Shown: one piece after another, positions 47,461-57,024 of the stretch
How positions within the stretch are numbered: position 1 is the first letter of the stretch
Layout: each line of letters starts with the position of its first letter
NCBI GenBank assembly: GCA_965226795.1
Contig: CBDDDZ010000005.1
Span: 1,952,001 to 2,016,000, forward strand
Reading direction: 5' to 3'
DNA from: Candidatus Latescibacterota bacterium
GTDB lineage: Bacteria; Latescibacterota; UBA2968; GCA-2709665
Length of the DNA: 64,000 bases
The notes under the pieces: model-generated
What the model was told of the DNA's origin: nothing
The model's input: only the letters and a program-made list of their open reading frames with translations
Databases searched by the model: none
Program-made: the position numbers and the translations under genes

Positions 47461-47906
47461 GGCGATTCCTCATTTTGCCTTTCAATTTACAATAATTCCG
47501 TTCTTTTTGATAAAGTAAGGAATGTTTCTCATCGCCGTGCATATTCTTGCGAGTCCCGCCCCACGGAAGCCAACTCACTTTACCCGGCACTCCTCGTCGA
47601 TCTCTTACATCGCATACGGTCTCCGGCTTCCAGCATCGTCGGCGCCGTACTGCCGTGCCTTGATCGATACGTCCTGCGGTCCGGGTCGCAGGCAGCGCGT
47701 AGTGGCCCACGATTGGGAAACGATCGTTTCTTTCGGAAACTTTTGCGAATCGTTCGTTTCCTTAAAGGTCGCGATTTACCCTTCGCCCATTCAATGCAAA
47801 ACCCCGACGGGAGTTCCCATCGGGGTACTTTTTTCCGCGCTCCGGCAGATAGCGCATCCGGTCGAATGAATGCCGGTTCCGCGACTCCCTATTTCTCTTC
47901 AAGGCC

Positions 47907-48503
47907 CTACGGCCCGACAATCCGGCGCCAGACCGCCAGCGCTCGTGCTTCCAGTTCCGCTACCTTTGCCGCGTTTTCGATGACATAGTCCGCGGCCCTA
48001 ACCTTCTCCGATTCGGACATTTGCGAGGCCATCCGGTCCCGAACTTCCGCCTCGGACAGCCCCTTCCGTTCCATGGCCCGCTGAATCCGGATCGCCTCCG
48101 GCGCGGTGACAACCACCAGGACGTCGCACAGCGCCCGATGGTCTCCCCACTCCAGGAACAGCGCGGCATCGATCACCACCGGCCGGTTCGGACACTCGGC
48201 GAGCGCGCGCCTGGAATCCTCCCGCAACATCCGCCCAAGCGGCGGCCACACAATGACATTCAGCCGGTCCCGCGCCTCGGCCGAAGCGAACGCGCGCCTT
48301 CCCAGTTCCCGGCGGACAAGGACCCCGTTATCATCCAGAATATCCCTGCCGAAAGTTCCGGCCAGCGCCCGCAGGACCGCCGGGTCTTCCACCGCCCGCC
48401 GCCCCACCTCGTCGGCTTCGATCACCCGCGCGCCTTCCCGGGCGAAAAAACCACACACACAACTCTTGCCCGCGCCGATGCCCCCTGTTACGCCGACAAT
48501 CAC
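47907..48503 (-). CDS. coaE: Dephospho-CoA kinase
   Basis: VGVTGGIGAGKS, RRELGRRAF, DAALFLE, RMASQM, ADYVIEN. Confidence 0.95.
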   Translation of the reverse strand: MIVGVTGGIGAGKSCVCGFFAREGARVIEADEVGRRAVEDPAVLRALAGTFGRDILDDNGVLVRRELGRRAFASAEARDRLNVIVWPPLGRMLREDSRRALAECPNRPVVIDAALFLEWGDHRALCDVLVVVTAPEAIRIQRAMERKGLSEAEVRDRMASQMSESEKVRAADYVIENAAKVAELEARALAVWRRIVGP

Positions 48504-49441
48504 GACCGGTCCCCGGATCGCCGCACCCGCAACCGGAGACGCAACGGCAACGCATCTTCGGGAGATTCCTCATCCCAGCGTTCGATGATCCGCCGGTTGC
48601 GGACCCTGACCGCCACGAACACCCCGAGAAGCAGCAACGTCGTGTAGAGCCAGAAAGCCTCCGCCGAGGTCAGCAACGCCGTTGCACTGAACCGACCCCT
48701 CGCATAGCCGGTCCACTCCCGTTCAAACTTCCGCGGGGTGAGTCCGGTTATCCGATACAGCGCGACGTCGAATGAAACCCCGGACCCGAGCGAATGTACA
48801 ATCTGCGCCACGGCACCCGGCCCGCCCAGATGAATCAGGTAGAGGACGGCCAGCAGGCTTTCCGTGTACGCCAGGCGCGCCCTGGAAGAAGAAAAACCGA
48901 GGACCCCTTCAATTTCCCCCAGCGGAACCAGCCCGCCGGAGAAGATCGCATAGGAAACCTCGGTGCTTTCTCGAAATCGCCATTCCTGCGCGGCCCACAT
49001 AGCCACGCCTTCGTCGAACCAGCGTGGCGTGGGCGCCCGCGCCAGGTGGTGCAGCAGAATATGGGAGAGTTCGTGCCGGGCCGTCTTCAAGACCTGGCCG
49101 CGCTGCCCGGCCAGCAGGCGCAACACCGCAATCCGCTCGGCCGGAAAGGCGCAACCTACCCCCCAGTGGGGAATGCGCCCGCGCGTGACGGTCTGAAAGA
49201 GTTGCTGCGAACCAGCCACGTAGATCATTATCGGGACATCCCGGCCGCCGCCCAGCTTTTCCGCGACCTCGGACCTCCCGGAGATCAGTTCATCCAGAAG
49301 CCCCCACGCCGACGCCCTGTCGATGTCCTGAAACCGAAGCGACATTCCCTCCCGTTCGAGCTGCTCCCAACCTGCCGCGGATAGCGGGCGGCACGTCAGG
49401 CAGAACACCCAGACCAACGGGCAGAACCGCCGCGCGTTCAT
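48500..49441 (-). CDS. Peptidase MA-family zinc metallohydrolase, membrane anchored
   Basis: HELSH...PRWFDEGVA; signal peptide and C-terminal TM helix. Confidence 0.8.
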   Translation of the reverse strand: MNARRFCPLVWVFCLTCRPLSAAGWEQLEREGMSLRFQDIDRASAWGLLDELISGRSEVAEKLGGGRDVPIMIYVAGSQQLFQTVTRGRIPHWGVGCAFPAERIAVLRLLAGQRGQVLKTARHELSHILLHHLARAPTPRWFDEGVAMWAAQEWRFRESTEVSYAIFSGGLVPLGEIEGVLGFSSSRARLAYTESLLAVLYLIHLGGPGAVAQIVHSLGSGVSFDVALYRITGLTPRKFEREWTGYARGRFSATALLTSAEAFWLYTTLLLLGVFVAVRVRNRRIIERWDEESPEDALPLRLRLRVRRSGDRS

Positions 49442-50301
49442 CGTTTTTTCCTGTGACCCAGAAACTTGAAGAAGTCCGTGCGCAGGGGTAACACAACCGT
49501 GGTGTTGCCCTGCGTGAGCGTGCGTTCGTAGGCCTCGAGCGTGCGCTGGAACTCATAGAACCGCGGGTCTTGCTGAAATGCCTGCGCATAAATGGCCAGC
49601 GCCTCGGCATCGCCCTGGCCCCGGGTCAGTTGCGACTTATGAAACGCGTCGGACGTGATCCGCGTGACCTCCAGGTCGGTATCGGCGCGGATCTTGAGGG
49701 CCGCCTCTTCGCCCTCGGCGCGATACTCCTTGGCCTGCCGGGCGCGCTCGGCCCTCATCCGGTCGAACACGTTCTTTTTGTTCTCCTCCGGCAGATCGGC
49801 GCGTTTGACGCGCACGTCCACCACTTCCACGCCCAGTTCCTCGGCGTCCTGGCGCGATCGCTCCGTGACCTTATCCATAATCGCTTTCCGATTCCCGGAA
49901 ACGATCTCAGTGAGTGTCCGCCGACCCAACTCCTCCCGCACGGCAGCATAGATGATATCGTCCAAGCGGGATTGGGCGCCGCGGACCGTCTGCACGGACT
50001 TCAGGAATTTCAGCGGGTTGACGATACGCCACCTGGCGAAATTGTCCACGATCAGGTTCTTTTTGTCCGACGTGTAAATGGGCGCCGGTTCGGCATCGCT
50101 ATACAGCAGGCGGTCGTCGAAGGTGTGAAGCCGTTCGACAAACGGCACTTTCCAATGCAGGCCCGGGCTGGAGATGGTGCGCCTGGGCGAGCCCAGCCGG
50201 GTTACGACCACCTGTTCGCGCTCGTCCACCGTAAAGAGGAACGATTCGATCAGCAGCCCCACCAACACGACCCCCACAATCAGTTTGATTATCGATTTCA
50301 T
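49438..50301 (-). CDS. hflC: FtsH modulator HflC
   Basis: PGLHWKVPF, DKKNLIVD, RMRAER, FYEFQRTLEAY. Confidence 0.96.
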   Translation of the reverse strand: MKSIIKLIVGVVLVGLLIESFLFTVDEREQVVVTRLGSPRRTISSPGLHWKVPFVERLHTFDDRLLYSDAEPAPIYTSDKKNLIVDNFARWRIVNPLKFLKSVQTVRGAQSRLDDIIYAAVREELGRRTLTEIVSGNRKAIMDKVTERSRQDAEELGVEVVDVRVKRADLPEENKKNVFDRMRAERARQAKEYRAEGEEAALKIRADTDLEVTRITSDAFHKSQLTRGQGDAEALAIYAQAFQQDPRFYEFQRTLEAYERTLTQGNTTVVLPLRTDFFKFLGHRKKR

Positions 50302-50303
50302 CG

Positions 50304-51305
50304 TTAGTTCCCCCCTGCTCTCGTCGACTCCGCGGTTCTCGGCGCGTTGGGTTGCAAATTCAACAGATTCAGAAAACCGCCCCCCTTGCCATCGGACTCG
50401 ATCACGAATTTCTGGATACTGGGCAGAATCTTCTCCATCGTTTCCAGGTAAAGCCGTACTTCGGTCACATCTTTGGCCTTGCGGTACTCTGTCAGAACCT
50501 CCAGGAACCGCTCCGCGTCTCCCTGTGACCGCTTGACCCGCTCAACCGTATACGCCTCCGCCCCCCGAAGCATTTTCTGGGCCTCGCCCCGCGCCCTCGG
50601 GATCACTTCATTCTGATAGGCTTCGGCCTCGTTGCGCAGCCGTTCTCTATCCTCCCGGGCGCTGGCAACGTCTTTAAATGCATGGTCTACCTCGCGCGGC
50701 ACCGACACCGTCTGCAGCTTCACGTTCTCCACGTGCAAACCGAGCTGATAGAGTTCGAAGACGTCTTTAACCTGCTGCTCGATCTCACTCTGGAGTTTGA
50801 ATTTCCCTTCGGTGAGCACCTCGTCAATCGCCGACCGCCCCACCACCTGGCGAACCGCCGCTTCCACCACGCTTCGGACGGCGTGCGCCTGGTCCGCGAC
50901 GTTGAACACATAGTCTTCAATGTTGCTGATTCGATACTGAACGATCAGCTCGACGTTCACGATATTCTCGTCGCCGGTGAGCATGGACGACTCCCTGCTC
51001 ACGGGCTGATACCGGGGCGCCGGTTCCACAGCGATGGTCCGGAACCCGATCTCCACCCGCTTCACCTCACTCACCTGCTCGATTTCCACCGACTCGATCG
51101 GCCAGGGGATATGGTAGTGAATACCGGGCTCCGATACCCCCATGGTACGTCCGAAACGAAATACCACCGCCTGTTCGGCCGGCTGCACGATGAAGATCCC
51201 GCTGGCAAGCCACAACAGGACCAGAATGCCCAGCCCGTAGTAGACCAGCCGAGGGTTCAAGGACAGGTCGAAGTACGGACGACCGGGAAAATCATATTGT
51301 TGCAT
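50304..51305 (-). CDS. hflK: FtsH modulator HflK
   Basis: MLTGDENIV, AFKDVASARED, IPRARGEA, RLYLETME. Confidence 0.96.
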   Translation of the reverse strand: MQQYDFPGRPYFDLSLNPRLVYYGLGILVLLWLASGIFIVQPAEQAVVFRFGRTMGVSEPGIHYHIPWPIESVEIEQVSEVKRVEIGFRTIAVEPAPRYQPVSRESSMLTGDENIVNVELIVQYRISNIEDYVFNVADQAHAVRSVVEAAVRQVVGRSAIDEVLTEGKFKLQSEIEQQVKDVFELYQLGLHVENVKLQTVSVPREVDHAFKDVASAREDRERLRNEAEAYQNEVIPRARGEAQKMLRGAEAYTVERVKRSQGDAERFLEVLTEYRKAKDVTEVRLYLETMEKILPSIQKFVIESDGKGGGFLNLLNLQPNAPRTAESTRAGGN

Positions 51306-51386
51306 AGGACAAACCCCTCGAGAAAGTTGTCGGCGACACCCTCGCGGGACGCCGCCGGGGAGAGAAATAACGGCATGCGTACGTCA

Positions 51387-52313
51387 TTATTGCTCGAAGT
51401 ACTCACCGATCCGGCTCATCTGCTCAACGCCGCGGAGGCAGCACGTGATGCCCGCGACCCGATTGGCGAACCGGCTGGCCGTTCCAAGGCTGCCCGTTTG
51501 CAGGAACGACCAGGTAAAACCCGCCAGAAACGCGTCTCCGCAACCGGTTTCGTCGAAGGGTGCATCCGCGGGCTGTGCGGGGTAACGCCGGACTTCGGCT
51601 CCGCCCCGCCTGTTCCTGGCCACCAAATCGGCACCGTGTACGCCGCGGGTAATCAACAGCGCATTCGGACCCAGATCCAGAACCCGCCCGCCGAATCTCA
51701 GGATGACTTCACCGGTATCCAGAGCCTCGCCGGCCAGCACTTCGCCTTCACGTTCGTTCAGCTGCACGACGTCGGCACAGCCCAGCCACGCCTCCCAACG
51801 CGGCGGGGTGCGAAGAAACCTGCGGCGATGCCTGTCGATTCCCAGCGTGAGGCTGTGCACGTCCATCAGCACGAGACCCCGGGCGACGCGCCGGAAAGCC
51901 TGCAGCGTGCGCAGTTCAAGTTCCATTCCGGTGATGAAATTGAAACAGATCGCGTCGCAGCCCAGGAAAGGCAGAAGCCGCTCTACCGTCAGTAACGGTA
52001 CGCCGCCCAGAAGCGTTTCCTGCTTCCGGTTCCGGTAATCGTAGGTCAAAAAACAGTGGGGATTCCGTTCGGGTACAAACCGCACGCCATCCAGCCGCAC
52101 GGACGCCCTCGAACCCAGCAGACGACGAACTGCGACTTCGACGTCTTTGCCCACGTTGCACACCGGAAAGATCGTGGCGGGCCCCACCTCGGCCAGAGCC
52201 GCGATACTGTAAAGGATACCGCCATAGCTTTCGGTGCGGGTCCCGTCGGGCGTACAAATCGTATCGCGGTTGATTGAACCGACCACCGCGATACGGCGCG
52301 CGTTTCCTGGCAT
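51387..52313 (-). CDS. PfkB-family carbohydrate kinase
   Basis: VGSINRD, NEREG, ITRG, DETGCGDAF. Confidence 0.88.
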   Translation of the reverse strand: MPGNARRIAVVGSINRDTICTPDGTRTESYGGILYSIAALAEVGPATIFPVCNVGKDVEVAVRRLLGSRASVRLDGVRFVPERNPHCFLTYDYRNRKQETLLGGVPLLTVERLLPFLGCDAICFNFITGMELELRTLQAFRRVARGLVLMDVHSLTLGIDRHRRRFLRTPPRWEAWLGCADVVQLNEREGEVLAGEALDTGEVILRFGGRVLDLGPNALLITRGVHGADLVARNRRGGAEVRRYPAQPADAPFDETGCGDAFLAGFTWSFLQTGSLGTASRFANRVAGITCCLRGVEQMSRIGEYFEQ

Positions 52314-52424
52314 TGCCCACCTCACCGGGGATAGTTTTTGAATGTACCACAAATCCCGGTAGGTGTCAACCCCTAAGCCCGCTCAACCGAACCGCCCGGC
52401 GCCGCCATCCGATCGCCGCCCTGG

Positions 52425-54506
52425 TCACCCCGCGTGCCCCGTCCTCCCGTCCAGGTTCACGGATTCCACGCGCCGGCGCAACGCCTTATGGCTTTCGAGG
52501 TCCGGATCCTTTTCCAGCAGGCGGAACGCCTCCCCGCGGGCCGACCTGACCAGGTCCACGTCCCGTGCCAGGTCGGCGAAACGGAACTCGGGGTACCCCG
52601 CCTGCCGGGTGCCGAAGATCTGTCCGGGCCCGCGGATTTTCAGATCCATCTCCGCGATTTCGAACCCGTCGCCGGTGGCGACCATCGCGTCCAGCCTGGC
52701 GCGCGCGCGCGGCGTGAGCTCATCCTCCGGGTCGGCAATCAGGATACAGTACGAACCGACGGTCCCGCGACCCACCCGGCCCCTGAGCTGGTGGAGTTGC
52801 GCCAGCCCGAATCTTTCCGCGTGTTCAACCATCATCACCGTCGCGTTGGGAACGTCCACCCCGACTTCGATCACCGTTGTGGACACCAGGACATCCAGGG
52901 CGCCCTTCCGGAACGCGGCCATCACCGCCTCCTTCTCCGCGTGAGGAAGCCGGCCGTGCAGCAACCCCAGCCTGAACCCCGCCAGGACGCCGTCCCGCAA
53001 TTCCTCTAATGCCGCGGCGGCGGCCCTGATATCCCTCGCTCCGGATTCTTCGATAACGGGAAAAACGATATAGGCCTGCCCGCCCGCCGACACCTGTTCA
53101 CGCAGAAAGCGATAGGCTTTCTCCCGGTCCTCCGCGGTCCGCCATCCGGTCTTCACGGGTTGACGCCCGGGCGGCAGTTCGTCAAGCGTCGTCACGTCCA
53201 GGTCGCCATACAGTGTCAGGGCCAGGGACCGTGGAATGGGCGTGGCCGTCATCACCAGCAGGTGGGCGCCCGCCTCCTTCTCCAACAGTGCGGCGCGTTG
53301 CAACACGCCGAACCGATGCTGCTCGTCCACCACCGCGAGCCCCAGCCGGGCGAAAACCACGCCTTCCTGCAGGAGTGCATGCGTACCCGACACGAGGTGG
53401 ATGCGGCCCGAGGCCAGGCCTTCGAGGACCTCACGGCGTTCACGCTGTGCCTGCCGCCCGGTCAGGCACGCGACCGAAAGCCCCAGCGGCGCCGTGAGGG
53501 CGTGAATGGTTGCCGCATGCTGCTCCGCCAGAATCTCGGTGGGGGCCATCAGCGCCGCCTGCGCGCCGCCGTCCACTGCCGCCAGCATCGCCGCCGCGGC
53601 CACGAGGGTCTTGCCCGACCCCACGTCACCCTGCAGCAGCCGGCGCATCGGCCTGCCGCGCGCGAGGTCCCCGCCAATCTCCTGAAGCGCCCGGCGCTGG
53701 GCTCCGGTTGGGACGAACGGCAATGTCCCCATCAATCGCGAGGCCAGGGCTCCCGATGCGGGAAATACCGGCCCCGGCCGTTCGTTTCGGCCCGACTGAA
53801 GTACCCTCAGCCGCAGCTGAAAATAGAGCAGTTCATCGAACGCCAACCTGCGGCGCGCCGCCTCCACGTCCCTTCCGCGGTCCGGAAAATGCAGCTTTCT
53901 TACCGCCTCGCCGAGCGAGAGCGCCCCGTATCGGGCCCTCATCCCGGCCGGCAAGGGATCCACCAGGTCCACGTCTTCCAGCGCCTGGTAGATGACGCGG
54001 CGCAGACCGCGGCTGGTGAGGCGCTCGGCCTTCATACGCGACGTTGTCGAATAGACAGGTATTACGCGCCCCGTATGGAGGCGCGTTCCATCCTCACGCT
54101 CCGAAATCACCTCGACGTCCGGGTGAACCATCTGTCGTTTGCCGCCGAACCGGGTCACCTTGCCTCCGACGGCCAGGAGGTCGCCGGGCGCGAACGCCTG
54201 TCGGAGATACCGGTGTCCTGAAAACCAGACGCATTCCAGCGTGCCCGATTCGTCTTCCAGCACCAGAGTGAACCGGGGCCGCCTGCCGGGAACCACGTTC
54301 CCCCTGCGAACCGTGGCGACGGCCGTGACTTCCGCGCCCACCGGAAGATCCGCGACGGGCGACTGCCGCGTGCGATCCACGTACCGGTACGGCAGGAAAA
54401 GGAGAAGATCCGCATGGGTTGAAATGCCGACCTCCCGAAGCAGACCCTCCCTTTTTGCGCCGACACCGCGCACGGTGCTTACTGGAACGTCCAGTTCCGG
54501 AAACAT
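52425..54506 (-). CDS. recG: ATP-dependent DNA helicase RecG
   Basis: RLLQGDVGSGKT, DEQHRFGV, MTATPIPRSL, QLHQLRGRVGRG; start set at MFPELD (54506). Confidence 0.98.
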   Translation of the reverse strand: MFPELDVPVSTVRGVGAKREGLLREVGISTHADLLLFLPYRYVDRTRQSPVADLPVGAEVTAVATVRRGNVVPGRRPRFTLVLEDESGTLECVWFSGHRYLRQAFAPGDLLAVGGKVTRFGGKRQMVHPDVEVISEREDGTRLHTGRVIPVYSTTSRMKAERLTSRGLRRVIYQALEDVDLVDPLPAGMRARYGALSLGEAVRKLHFPDRGRDVEAARRRLAFDELLYFQLRLRVLQSGRNERPGPVFPASGALASRLMGTLPFVPTGAQRRALQEIGGDLARGRPMRRLLQGDVGSGKTLVAAAAMLAAVDGGAQAALMAPTEILAEQHAATIHALTAPLGLSVACLTGRQAQRERREVLEGLASGRIHLVSGTHALLQEGVVFARLGLAVVDEQHRFGVLQRAALLEKEAGAHLLVMTATPIPRSLALTLYGDLDVTTLDELPPGRQPVKTGWRTAEDREKAYRFLREQVSAGGQAYIVFPVIEESGARDIRAAAAALEELRDGVLAGFRLGLLHGRLPHAEKEAVMAAFRKGALDVLVSTTVIEVGVDVPNATVMMVEHAERFGLAQLHQLRGRVGRGTVGSYCILIADPEDELTPRARARLDAMVATGDGFEIAEMDLKIRGPGQIFGTRQAGYPEFRFADLARDVDLVRSARGEAFRLLEKDPDLESHKALRRRVESVNLDGRTGHAG

Positions 54507-54938
54507 CGACCGGCCTTTCGTGACTTCGGAGGATCGAAACGACCCACTGTCGCGTCCCTGCGACCTGCGTTGCGTAATGCAGGCGGCTGCGTTCACGGTG
54601 ACGGGCACGGGGTGGTTCCACGCTCGCGTCCAACCGACGCAACGCGGGATACAGCAGATCGTGCGAATATAGATAATCCGCAAAAACCCGTCAAGAACCG
54701 CCGCCCTGTTCCCACGGATGGAGAACGGATAACGCGCGGCGGCCTTTTCCTTGTTCCCGTCCCGCCCGCGCCCTATCTTTCAAGGGGTTCACGCGCTCGT
54801 CGAGACAAACGTCGTCCACGGCGCCAACCGGCTGGTCTCCAGGGGTTCTTTCCACGGGCGGAATGGGGGTAAGCGACGACGGCAGGCGTGCGACGCCGCA
54901 TTCAACGGCGGCGATTCAACGGGGCAATCGCGTGGGGG

Positions 54939-55631
54939 ATGACCATGGGGCACGAATCCATTCACGAAGCCGCGGGCAGAGGCGACCTCGACACATTGAA
55001 AAAAATGGTCGAGGAACGGCCCTGGGCGGTCGACCAGGACGACCGGCACGGGTGGCGCCCCATCTTCCATGCCTGTTTGCGCCGCCGCCTCGATATTGTC
55101 CGGTATCTGATCGATCGCGGCGCCGATCTGGCGGCACACGACGGCTACGCGATGCACTACGCGGCCGAAGTGCCCGACAATAAAGACGTCGTGTCGTTGC
55201 TGGTCGGGTACGGCAGTCTGGACGCGCATACGAAACCGGCGAGCGAAGTCGCACGCCAGTTCATCTACGCGGTTTTCCTGGCCAACGTCCCCCGGGTCGA
55301 CGCCATGCTCCGCGCCAATCCGGCGCTGGCGCGGGAGCGCTACGCGCGTGGGGACGCCGCCCTGCATCACGCCGCGCGGAACGGCGACCTGTACATCGTC
55401 ATGCGCCTGGTCGGCCACGGCGCCGACGTCAACGCTACCTCCGACAACGGCCACTTTCCCCTGTACTGCGCCGCCGGACACGGACACGCGGAGACAACGC
55501 GGTATCTCCTGGAAAGCGGCGCGGATCCGGAAGCGACGTTGGCCGACGGCAAGACGGTCGCGGCGTGGCTTAAGCAATACACAGATCACGACCGGCGCCT
55601 GAGATCCTGTCTGGAAATCCTGGAGAGCTGA
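54939..55631 (+). CDS. Ankyrin repeat protein
   Basis: Repeated ALHHAARNG, PLYCAAGHGH and GAD units. Confidence 0.9.
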   Translation: MTMGHESIHEAAGRGDLDTLKKMVEERPWAVDQDDRHGWRPIFHACLRRRLDIVRYLIDRGADLAAHDGYAMHYAAEVPDNKDVVSLLVGYGSLDAHTKPASEVARQFIYAVFLANVPRVDAMLRANPALARERYARGDAALHHAARNGDLYIVMRLVGHGADVNATSDNGHFPLYCAAGHGHAETTRYLLESGADPEATLADGKTVAAWLKQYTDHDRRLRSCLEILES

Positions 55632-56203
55632 ATATTGCGCGGCGTCGAGAGAACGGCAGTCCTCGCACCCGGACGCCAGGTGAAATTACCTGCCCTGATG
55701 GATGAGGGATAAATTCACTTGACAACGCTTGCACCATTACTTTTATTAGGGAATCGTGGAAGTCCATTTGGACCGCGCTATTCAACCTTACTCTCCCCCG
55801 CACGTGTAACAGTCGCTACCCGGAGAAGTTATCCGCTGTGGCATGGTGGCCTGCGCTTCAGTGAAATTCGTGTAAGGCAAGCCGTCCTGCCGTACGCCAA
55901 TCCAGTCCAAACGCGTGGGTCGAACGAAATCAGTTCCACGCGCGAATAACGCAACCCGCGAATCGGGCGTCCACGCGATTCAATACAAGCGCGACGCGGT
56001 TTGCGAATCAGCGTACTGAAGTCTCCCGGGCTGATCGGACTGACAGGTACCATCGGTTCGCGATAGCTGAAATCTGAAGTCGGTTTTTGTGGGATGTTCG
56101 TGACGGGGGGCACACGCTGACGCCCACGCCGCCCCGTCGGTAACCGTTGCGGCCACAATCTTCCACGGGCCGCGGCAAGTAACTTATTTTTAGGGAGGTA
56201 GAC

Positions 56204-56533
56204 ATGGCAGGTAGAGTTATCGTAGGTCTCATCGCCCTCGGTGCGATCATTGGGGGCCTGGCGGGCGGCGCGATTCTGGGAGAAGGCATCCTTGCGCTCG
56301 TGCTGGTCATCTTGGGTCTCGCCTATGCAGGCGTTGCGATTGACGCTGAGGACGCAACGGGCTACCTCGTGCTTGCACTTGCCGTCGGCGGTGCGGGAAT
56401 GGCGAACGTGCTGGGCAACATCCCGGGAATCGGCGAGAAATTGGACATGATCGTCGATCTGGCCGGCATCTCACTGTATGCCGGTGTGGTCACCGTGCTA
56501 GTGCAGAGGACTGTGAATCGCATCAAGGGTTGA
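56204..56533 (+). CDS. Small multi-pass membrane protein of unknown function
   Basis: GGAGG RBS; 109 aa, mostly hydrophobic helices. Confidence 0.8.
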   Translation: MAGRVIVGLIALGAIIGGLAGGAILGEGILALVLVILGLAYAGVAIDAEDATGYLVLALAVGGAGMANVLGNIPGIGEKLDMIVDLAGISLYAGVVTVLVQRTVNRIKG

Positions 56534-56857
56534 GCACCTCCGAAGAATGAGCACCCTTTAACGGCAGGCCTACTCTCGAAATAAGGCAACCGGCGTCGCG
56601 TTGCGTTTGACTTTCTTCGCGTCTCGTTATTCGACGTCCCCCATCGAAAAACGGATGCTTCGGCGGTAGCGCCGGAAAGGTAGCCTTTCGAACGAGAGAA
56701 CGGGGATCCTCGTCAAACCGTGTCCGCCCCGCAAAGACGGACGGATATTGATAATACCATAAATAGAGGAAGATCCCAGTCTGCCGAAAAGCGGTAGTTA
56801 AAGAGGTATTCAGACAGGCCGCCTGATTCCCTACCCCCAGTTGTCGGTGACCTGTTC

Positions 56858-56907
56858 GCGGATACGACAAGACCCCCGGGTGCACCCGGGGGTCTTGTCG
56901 TATCCGC
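56858..56907. repeat. Perfect 50-bp palindrome
   Basis: GCGGATACGACAAGACCCCCGGGTG followed immediately by its exact reverse complement. Confidence 0.95.
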
Positions 56908-57024
56908 CACGTCCGGAGTCCACGGGCGAGCGCTAACCTGCAACTCGCGCGTCGATGGGCCGGTGTTCCCCGTAAACGGCCGCGACACTTCGATAAATTT
57001 CGCCCGCATGCGGAGACACGTACG

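Noticed and set aside
56700..56750. c-di-GMP-I riboswitch resemblance (GTCAAACC...CGCAAAG)
   Set aside because: The GNRA-capped stem and downstream conserved elements are missing.
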